Assembly (NCBI GenBank): GCA_041397505.1
Contig: JAWKWN010000003.1
Coordinates: forward strand, 14,508 to 78,507
Direction of reading: 5' to 3'
Source of the DNA: Nitratireductor sp.
Lineage (GTDB): Bacteria > Pseudomonadota > Alphaproteobacteria > Rhizobiales > Rhizobiaceae
DNA length: 64,000 nucleotides
Program-made: the position numbers and the translations under genes
The notes under the pieces: model-generated
Database searches by the model: none
Seen by the model: only the letters and a program-made list of their open reading frames with translations
Told to the model about the DNA's origin: nothing
Shown: in pieces, positions 57,207 through 64,000 of the stretch
Numbering within the stretch: the first letter of the stretch is position 1
Layout of the letters: each line of letters starts with the position of its first letter

Positions 57207-58139
57207 ATGAACTGGATAGCCAGCTTTGTACGCCCCAAGATCAACAGCCTGCTTCAACGCAAGCAGATGCCGGAAAATCTTTGGGTGAAATGTCCTGTCA
57301 CTGGTGAGATGGTTTTCCACAAGGACCTCGAAGCCAATATGGGTGTTATCCCGGGTTCGGGCTATCACATGCGCATCTCGGCCCAGGCACGTCTGGAATA
57401 TTTCTTCGACAATGCCGAATTCGAGATGATCAACCCGCCAGCGGTTACCCAGGATCCGCTGAAATTCCGTGACAAGACGCGCTATGCCGACAAGCTCAAG
57501 GAGCATCGTCGCAATACAGGCATGGATGATTCGGTGCTGGCTGCGCGCGGCAAGGTTGATGGAATTGAAATGGTAGCCGTTGTCCACGACATGCGCTTTA
57601 TCGGCGGATCACTGGGCATGGCGGCAGGTGAGACCATCGTCAAGGCGATGATGGCAGCCGCCAAAACCACTACCCCTCTGGTATTGTTTGCAGCCTCGGG
57701 CGGTGCGCGCATGCAGGAAGGCATTCTCTCCCTCATGCAATTGCCGCGCACCACTGTCGCTGTCGAAATGCTCAAGGAAGCTGGCGCGCCCTATATTGTC
57801 GTGCTTACCAACCCGACAACCGGTGGCGTTTCCGCATCTTATGCCATGCTGGGTGATATCCAGATCGCCGAACCGGGCGCAGTGATTGGTTTTGCCGGTC
57901 GCAGGGTCATCGAGCAGACCATTCGCGAAAAGCTGCCGGACAATTTCCAGACAGCGGAATATCTCGAGGAACATGGCATGATTGACATGGTGGTCAATCG
58001 CAAGGACCTCAAAGCCACGATTGCCCGCATTGTCGGGATTCTCGTCAAGCGCAAGCCGGAACCCATCCTGCTCGGCTATGACGGGCATGATGCTGCGTCG
58101 GGTGAGGCAGTTTCCGGCGAAGTTCCCCAACAGGCCTGA
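57207..58139 (+). CDS. accD: acetyl-CoA carboxylase carboxyltransferase beta subunit
   Basis: 310 aa from [24 protein letters not shown] and [10 protein letters not shown] are present. Confidence 0.95.
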   Translation: MNWIASFVRPKINSLLQRKQMPENLWVKCPVTGEMVFHKDLEANMGVIPGSGYHMRISAQARLEYFFDNAEFEMINPPAVTQDPLKFRDKTRYADKLKEHRRNTGMDDSVLAARGKVDGIEMVAVVHDMRFIGGSLGMAAGETIVKAMMAAAKTTTPLVLFAASGGARMQEGILSLMQLPRTTVAVEMLKEAGAPYIVVLTNPTTGGVSASYAMLGDIQIAEPGAVIGFAGRRVIEQTIREKLPDNFQTAEYLEEHGMIDMVVNRKDLKATIARIVGILVKRKPEPILLGYDGHDAASGEAVSGEVPQQA

Positions 58140-58178
58140 GCCAACCGGCAAGTCTCACGCAAACAATGCGGAAACCGA

Positions 58179-59495
58179 ATGAGCGTCGAATCACTGATTG
58201 CCGGTCTGTCGGCGATTCATCCCAAGGGGTTTGACCTTTCGCTGGACCGGATCACACGGCTCCTGGCACGACTGGACAACCCGCATTTGCGTATTCCGCC
58301 AGCCATTCACGTGGCGGGCACCAATGGCAAGGGTTCGACAACCGCTTTTTGTCGCGCAATTCTGGAAGCGCATGGCAAGACAGTGCATGTCCATACTTCT
58401 CCCCATCTCGTCAATTGGCATGAGCGCTACCGACTTGGTTCACCGCAGGGCGGAAAACTTGTAAGCGAAGCCCTGCTGGAAGATGCGATTTCGCGCGTCG
58501 CGAAGGCCAACAATGGTGAGGCGATCACCGTTTTCGAGATTCTTTCTGCAGTGATGTTTGTGTTGTTTGCCGAGAATCCGGCTGATTACAGCGTCATAGA
58601 AGTAGGTCTCGGCGGAAGATTTGATGCAACCAATGTCATTGCCAATCCGCTGGTTTCGGTAATTACGAATATTGCGCTCGATCACCAGGCCTGGCTTGGC
58701 GACACGGTAGCCGCCATCGCGATGGAAAAGGCCGGTATCATCAAGCCGGGCCGTCCCGTCGCCATTGGGCGACAACAGGAAGGCATTGACGATCTCCTTG
58801 CCGACACCGCCGAAGCGCGCAACTCGCCATCGATGGTTTGCGGGCGCGACTACGGATTTTACGAGCAGGCCGGACGCTTCGTCTACCAGGATGACATGGG
58901 CCTGCTTGACCTGCCGCTGCCGGTTCTGGCTGGCGAGCATCAGCTGGCCAATGCCGCAACCGCGATCGCTGCCATGCGGATCTCCGGGCTTGCAATCCCC
59001 GACGAAGCCTTTGAGCGCGCAATGACCTCGGTCGTCTGGCCCGGGCGAATGGAGCGCCTGAAACCGGGCAATCTGCTCTCCCGCTTTCCGCAGGGTACCG
59101 AGGTCTGGGTCGACGGTGGCCACAACCCGTCCGCAGGTGCTGTCATCGCTGCCTGTCTGGCCGATCTGGACGAAAAGCGGCCGCTTCCGGTCTATATGCT
59201 GTGCGGCATGATCAACACCAAGGACCCGTCCGGGTTCCTCGAAGCCTTCAGGGGTCTTGTACGCAAGGTCGTCACCGTTCCGGTCGCCGAAAGCGATTCC
59301 TCGATTTCCGCTTTCGATCTCGCATCCATCGCAACCCAAAGCGGGCTCGACGCGATATCAACAGCTTCGCTGAATGAGGGAATCTCGGAACTGGTCAGGC
59401 AATTGTCGGCATCAGGGCCATGCAGGGTCATGGTCTGCGGTTCGCTTTACCTCATTGGCGAGGTTCTGCGCGAAAATGGCACTCCGCCGCAATGA
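58179..59495 (+). CDS. folC: bifunctional folylpolyglutamate synthase/dihydrofolate synthase
   Basis: 438 aa intact with HVAGTNGKGST. accD-folC synteny holds. Confidence 0.9.
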   Translation: MSVESLIAGLSAIHPKGFDLSLDRITRLLARLDNPHLRIPPAIHVAGTNGKGSTTAFCRAILEAHGKTVHVHTSPHLVNWHERYRLGSPQGGKLVSEALLEDAISRVAKANNGEAITVFEILSAVMFVLFAENPADYSVIEVGLGGRFDATNVIANPLVSVITNIALDHQAWLGDTVAAIAMEKAGIIKPGRPVAIGRQQEGIDDLLADTAEARNSPSMVCGRDYGFYEQAGRFVYQDDMGLLDLPLPVLAGEHQLANAATAIAAMRISGLAIPDEAFERAMTSVVWPGRMERLKPGNLLSRFPQGTEVWVDGGHNPSAGAVIAACLADLDEKRPLPVYMLCGMINTKDPSGFLEAFRGLVRKVVTVPVAESDSSISAFDLASIATQSGLDAISTASLNEGISELVRQLSASGPCRVMVCGSLYLIGEVLRENGTPPQ

Positions 59496-59564
59496 GTTTT
59501 CCCCGTGCCGATTCCATGGAAACGACACGAGGCTTGATCCTGTCCAATTTGTTTGAAAAGCGCT

Positions 59565-59885
59565 TTAGCTTGCGCTCTTGATCCAGTCGGCCAGTGCCGA
59601 CTTCGGCCGGGCACCAACCTGCATGGATGCTGGTTCGCCGCCCTTGAACAATACCAGCGTCGGGATTGAGCGCACGCCATACTGGGCCGCCAGATCCGGA
59701 TTTTCGTCAATATTGAGCTTGGTGATCTTCACCTTGCCCGCCATCTCGGTCGAGATTTCCTCGAGGCTGGGTGCAATCATCTTGCACGGACCGCACCATT
59801 CGGCCCAGAAGTCCACCACGACCGGAACATCGCTGTTCAGCACGTCGCTCTGGAAATTGCTCTTGTCGACCTTTACCGTTGCCAT
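59565..59885 (-). CDS. trxA: thioredoxin
   Basis: 106 aa from MATVKVDK, with the WCGPC active site. Confidence 0.95.
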   Translation of the reverse strand: MATVKVDKSNFQSDVLNSDVPVVVDFWAEWCGPCKMIAPSLEEISTEMAGKVKITKLNIDENPDLAAQYGVRSIPTLVLFKGGEPASMQVGARPKSALADWIKSAS

Positions 59886-60044
59886 TTTCAACTCCTTCAT
59901 GCCAGACGCCGTTTTTCGGCTTCCGGCCGTTATATTAGTGAAATCGAATATTTCACTTTCCAGATGGGAATTCAGCACCCCGCTTCAAGTGCCGCTTCCA
60001 TTCGCCAGTTCAGCCATATGCATGAACCGATGGCGTGATACCGG

Positions 60045-63000
60045 TCAATGCCTGGTCGAGCAGCAATCGTCCGGCTCGCTCACTTTTCCGTTTTCTACCC
60101 AAATCAGTCGGCAGACAATTTGTTTTCCAGGAAATACCTGTTTCAGTAGCGCCCGATACAACGCCAACTGCAACAGATAGGCAGGATCAATCTGCGCATC
60201 ATCGTCAGGGACCTTCCGGTTGGTCTTGTAATCACAGACAATGACTGCCTTCTCGCTGATCGCAATGCGGTCGACCTGGCCGGAAACCGGCAATTCAACC
60301 CCACCAATGGTAATGGTGCCTGCTATTCCAGCCTCCGCCTTGCTCCCCGGTCCGAATATTTCGCCATTGCCGGGGGCATCGAGAATTGCTGTAACCTGCG
60401 AAATCATGCGTTCTCCCATCTCCACCGGCCATTCCGGCAGGTTGAGCGCAAGCCAAGCGCGCGCAGCCGAAACCCGGTCGCCAGCATCAAGGTCCGGCAG
60501 ATATTGCAGCAACTTGTGAGCAGCATTGCCGCGTTCCAGCGCCCTGCGCCGCAAGGTCGGGTCGGTTGGCTGAACGGCAGCATCCGCCGCTGCGCCTTCT
60601 TCGCCAGTGTCATCGGCCCTCCGGCCAAGCGCAAGTCCCGCAAGCGAAGGGTTCAGCGGCTTGGGCAGTGGAAGTTCCGGCTTGAGCGGCCCGGGAAAGA
60701 CGAGGTCTGGCAGAGGTGCCTCCTGCCCGCCGTCATCAGACGCAACAGGGCCAATTGCAGGCTTTGACGGTTCAGTTTCCGCCGACCTTGTATCTTGCGG
60801 ATGAGTTGATTGCCGCCAGATGAATTCGCTGCAATTGCCCTCCGCATCCATGACCTGCTGCGCACTCCCGCCAAGCGCACGCATGACCATCGAATGCCAA
60901 TGATGTTCCGGTGGCGGACGCAGCCCGTGATAGCCGCATACGATCAGCCGGTCGGCAGCGCGGGTCATTGCGACATAGAGCAATCGCCGATACTCGGCCT
61001 CAGCGTCTTCCGCGATCTCCTCCATTCTGGCGTCAAGCGCGTTTGCGGCTCCAGACTGCCTCCACAAATAGCCAGCCATCGCGTCGTCCTTGGACAATGC
61101 CACGACATTCGCTGCGTGTTGCTTGATATGGCCGGGCGAACAGGGATCCACCAGGAACACGACCGGCGCCTCCAGGCCCTTGGCCGAATGCGCGGTGATG
61201 ACCCTGATCTCGTCCTTTTTCATGTCGATTTCACGCTTGATCTGCGGCGGATTGCGGGAGAGCGAAGCAAGAAAGCTTTCAAGCCCTCCGTCACCGGCAC
61301 TCTCATGGGCAAGCGCTGCCTGCTCGAACGCATCAATGACATCTTCCGCCTCGGTTCCGAAGCGGGAAAGAAGTGCGGCCCTGCATCCCACCGCACCCAA
61401 GGCATGGGAGTAGAAACGATGTACGCTGGAACGTGCAGAAACCTTGCGCAGTTCATCGAGCAGCCTGAGGCAGTCTGCAATCTTCTTGACCGGCAAACCG
61501 GCCTGGTCTGATGTGCGAATTTCAACCAGCCGCTCAATCAGTGGCTGGCCTTTCCTGTTGCTGGCAATTGCGATCAATTCGTCATCGTCGAAACCGCAGA
61601 TCGGTGACTTCAACAGGGCGGCAAGCGCCAGATCATCTTCTGGAAGACAGATCACGCGACCCAGAGCCATGAGGTCTTCAACGGCAATATGGTCTGTCAA
61701 ATGCAGGCGGTCAGCCCCGGCAATTGCCATTCCTCGCCTTTTCAATTCACGGATTATTGCGGGAACGAAACGGTCTCGCTTTCGAACCAGGATCAAGATG
61801 TCTCCATAGCGCAACGGTCGGTCCCGACCCGGAAGGATCTCACCATTGCCAATCCACTCCTTGATGGTTGCCGCAATGCGATTGGCAAGGCGGATAGCGG
61901 GATCGTGGGCAATTGGCGCGTCTATTGGTGCGAGCCAATCGGTTTGCTTTGCCGGCTTTTCACTTGCGAAGAGGGGCCAGATCCGCACTTCGCCAGCATC
62001 CTTCTCGCGAATGGCGGAATGTATGCTTGCCTCGCCTGATGCTGATAGCCCGCGTGCATTTTCCTCAATCGCGAATACTGCATCCACGGCGGCGAGGACA
62101 TCGGGAGTGGAACGGAAGGAAAGATTGAGCGGCACGGATTCAAATATCTGCCTGGCAGATCTTGCACGCTCGCTGACGCTCCTGCGTTGCCGGGAAAATC
62201 CGGCCGGATCGGCACCCTGGAAGGAATAGATCGACTGCTTCTCGTCGCCAACCGCAAATACGGTTCTTGTCGCCTCGCTGGCACCACGACCGGAATGGAA
62301 ATCCTCAATGATCGCATTGATGATCTCCCACTGGCGCGGACTGGTGTCCTGGGCCTCGTCAATCAACACATGATCGATGCCGCGATCAAGTTTGTATTGC
62401 ACCCATTCACGAACATCCGAACGTGCCAGCAAGTTCGCTGCCGCCCCGATCATGTCGCCAAAATCGACAAAACCGCGATTACGCTTGAGCGTTTCGTAGC
62501 GCTCCAGGATCTCGTTGGCGACCACGAACAGGGATTGCGAAGCTTCGATCATTTCAAGATTGGCAATTCGCGCCAGACTGGCGGCAAGCCGCGCAGCCTC
62601 CTTTTCGCAAAGCTCGACAAGATCGGGATGGCTCGACACAACGGGCTTCGTCACCAGCCTTTTCCGCGGTTCCAAATCTTTGTTGAGAAAGAGCTTCGTC
62701 CGCAAATGCAATGAGGCAACCGCGTCGGTCTCTTCGCCGATATCGCCAACAAGTCCGGCAAACCGCTTATTGCTGCTTCCCCCGATGGCCGCAGCCGTTT
62801 CTGCGAGCCGGGCAAGGTCGGCCATGAAAATCAGCGAGTTCGACAATTCCTCCGTGATCACCGAGATCCGGGTTGCGTCAGGCGCAAATCCCAAACGCTG
62901 CCGCACTGCTGCCATGGCCTGGCCAACATCGCCGTCAGCCCATTTGAGAAAGGCTTCACGGTCGGCAAGGACCTCTCGAATGGCGCTGTTGATCTGGGTA

Positions 63001-63590
63001 TCAGAAGCAATGGCAAGCAGATGCGCGAATGCCTGGTTGAGATCGCTGTCCGAGCGCCGAGCCTGTTGCATGCGCACCAGCACCGAATGGCGTGCCTCTT
63101 CCACAAGTGCATCCTGCGCCATCGCTTCCAGCACCTCGAAATGGCCGGAAACATTGGCCTCCAGGGGAAACTGGTGCAGCAATGCTTCGCAGAATGCGTG
63201 GATGGTCTGTATCTTCAATCCGCCGGGCGTATCCAGCGACAGGGCAAACAGGGTTCTCGCCCGGTGCAACTGATAGCCTTCCGGGGCGTGGCCGAGAACG
63301 TCTTCAAGCGCGTCGTGCAACCTTGCTTCGTCAAAGCCTGCCCATTGCCCGAGCGTTTCGAAAATGCGGTTCGACATTTCGGCCGCCGCGGCCTTGGTAT
63401 AGGTCAGACAAAGAATCTTGCCGGGTGCAACGCCATTCAGCAATAGCCGGATTACCCGGCGCGCCAGCACGAAGGTCTTGCCCGATCCAGCGTTGGCCGA
63501 CACCCATGCGGATATTTCGGGATTGCTGGCAAGGGCTTGTGCCTGCCGGGTTTCCAGCGGTATCAAGCGCTGCTCAGCCATTGTCATCAT
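60045..63590 (-). CDS. addA: double-strand break repair helicase AddA
   Basis: 1181 aa intact. UvrD-type Walker A ANAGSGKTF, DEAQDTSP and a C-terminal RecB-like nuclease (DRIAI...VCDYKT) are present. Confidence 0.9.
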   Translation of the reverse strand: MMTMAEQRLIPLETRQAQALASNPEISAWVSANAGSGKTFVLARRVIRLLLNGVAPGKILCLTYTKAAAAEMSNRIFETLGQWAGFDEARLHDALEDVLGHAPEGYQLHRARTLFALSLDTPGGLKIQTIHAFCEALLHQFPLEANVSGHFEVLEAMAQDALVEEARHSVLVRMQQARRSDSDLNQAFAHLLAIASDTQINSAIREVLADREAFLKWADGDVGQAMAAVRQRLGFAPDATRISVITEELSNSLIFMADLARLAETAAAIGGSSNKRFAGLVGDIGEETDAVASLHLRTKLFLNKDLEPRKRLVTKPVVSSHPDLVELCEKEAARLAASLARIANLEMIEASQSLFVVANEILERYETLKRNRGFVDFGDMIGAAANLLARSDVREWVQYKLDRGIDHVLIDEAQDTSPRQWEIINAIIEDFHSGRGASEATRTVFAVGDEKQSIYSFQGADPAGFSRQRRSVSERARSARQIFESVPLNLSFRSTPDVLAAVDAVFAIEENARGLSASGEASIHSAIREKDAGEVRIWPLFASEKPAKQTDWLAPIDAPIAHDPAIRLANRIAATIKEWIGNGEILPGRDRPLRYGDILILVRKRDRFVPAIIRELKRRGMAIAGADRLHLTDHIAVEDLMALGRVICLPEDDLALAALLKSPICGFDDDELIAIASNRKGQPLIERLVEIRTSDQAGLPVKKIADCLRLLDELRKVSARSSVHRFYSHALGAVGCRAALLSRFGTEAEDVIDAFEQAALAHESAGDGGLESFLASLSRNPPQIKREIDMKKDEIRVITAHSAKGLEAPVVFLVDPCSPGHIKQHAANVVALSKDDAMAGYLWRQSGAANALDARMEEIAEDAEAEYRRLLYVAMTRAADRLIVCGYHGLRPPPEHHWHSMVMRALGGSAQQVMDAEGNCSEFIWRQSTHPQDTRSAETEPSKPAIGPVASDDGGQEAPLPDLVFPGPLKPELPLPKPLNPSLAGLALGRRADDTGEEGAAADAAVQPTDPTLRRRALERGNAAHKLLQYLPDLDAGDRVSAARAWLALNLPEWPVEMGERMISQVTAILDAPGNGEIFGPGSKAEAGIAGTITIGGVELPVSGQVDRIAISEKAVIVCDYKTNRKVPDDDAQIDPAYLLQLALYRALLKQVFPGKQIVCRLIWVENGKVSEPDDCCSTRH

Positions 63591-64000
63591 CCCCGCCTAT
63601 CGACCATTCACGGACCCGGGCCAGATGGTCATAGTCGCCATCCATCGCGTTCTGCCGCTGTGGTGCATAGCGTGAGAGATAGCCCTGGCTTTCCTCTCGA
63701 TACGCTGCAACAAGCGCCTGCAGCTGAGCCCAGGCATTGGCCATCTGTTCGCTGAGCTGCGGAACATCGGTTCCTTTCGTCAGCGAATCGATTTTCAGGC
63801 TTTCAGCCCTTCGCAATCGGACAAATGCCAGTTCGTCGACCTTTCGTCCCGCCTCAAGCCCGAAACACCCAAGTTCCGCCATGCGTCCTTCAAGCGCCAT
63901 TTGTGGTGAGAGTGTCCTTGCCTGCTCGAGCGAGGGCGACAGGCCAGTCTTGTAGTCGAAAATCGCCAGGCTGCCGTCCTTGAGGATATCGATTCGGTCT
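63574..64000 (-). CDS. addB: double-strand break repair protein AddB (3' end only; gene continues beyond the window)
   Basis: The C-terminal PD-(D/E)xK region DGSLAIFDYKTG...PQMALEGRM is open to the window edge. The stop overlaps the addA start. Confidence 0.8.
   Translation of the reverse strand, partial: DRIDILKDGSLAIFDYKTGLSPSLEQARTLSPQMALEGRMAELGCFGLEAGRKVDELAFVRLRRAESLKIDSLTKGTDVPQLSEQMANAWAQLQALVAAYREESQGYLSRYAPQRQNAMDGDYDHLARVREWSIGGDDDNG

Overview
Core chromosomal segment of a Rhizobiales-type alphaproteobacterium, assigned from gene content and synteny only. I found no mobile elements, CRISPR arrays, integrases or defence islands. Gene order: pirin, tRNA-Gly, proX-like, Trx/TPR protein, LON-domain protein, Trm112, ubiH-like, tesB, glnK-amtB, ftsK, lolA, xthA, cNMP-domain protein, OmpR-type regulator, Ldt-like, yggS, leuS-lptE-holA, parB-parA-rsmG-mnmG-mnmE-rho-hemJ-hemE, then a 365-bp gap that I read as the hemE-linked replication origin. 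After the gap: DUF299 kinase, maf, coaE, dnaQ, secB, fxsA, Tim44-like, mltA, smr, XRE, DUF1402, hslVU, hisB-DUF2628-hisHAFE, coaA, alkB, dnaKJ, FMN reductase, pyrF, phaZ, DUF2852, M48 peptidase, zntB, trpFBA, accD-folC, trxA, addA and partial addB. The main anomaly is that about 27 conserved genes are broken by single-base frameshifts, roughly 55-60 by hand count. Most of those I could place sit in or next to short homopolymer runs. They cluster strongly at 1.7-5.1, 11.8-11.9, 13.1-15.8 and 20.2-21.7 kb. Long genes (ftsK, leuS, dnaK, addA, the his operon) and the whole 36.1-53.1 kb block have none. Each frame segment still translates to well-conserved protein, so consensus error is the most economical explanation, but real gene decay cannot be excluded from sequence alone. 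Genes with broken frames are listed as 'pseudogene' over their reconstructed full span. Secondary observations: the candidate oriC, a 16-bp palindrome TGTTTCACGTGAAACA present three times around rsmG/mnmG/mnmE, a sigma-54 promoter for glnK-amtB, an RpoH-type promoter for dnaK, and small repeat clusters upstream of pirin and phaZ. I did not find a convincing novel multi-gene system.
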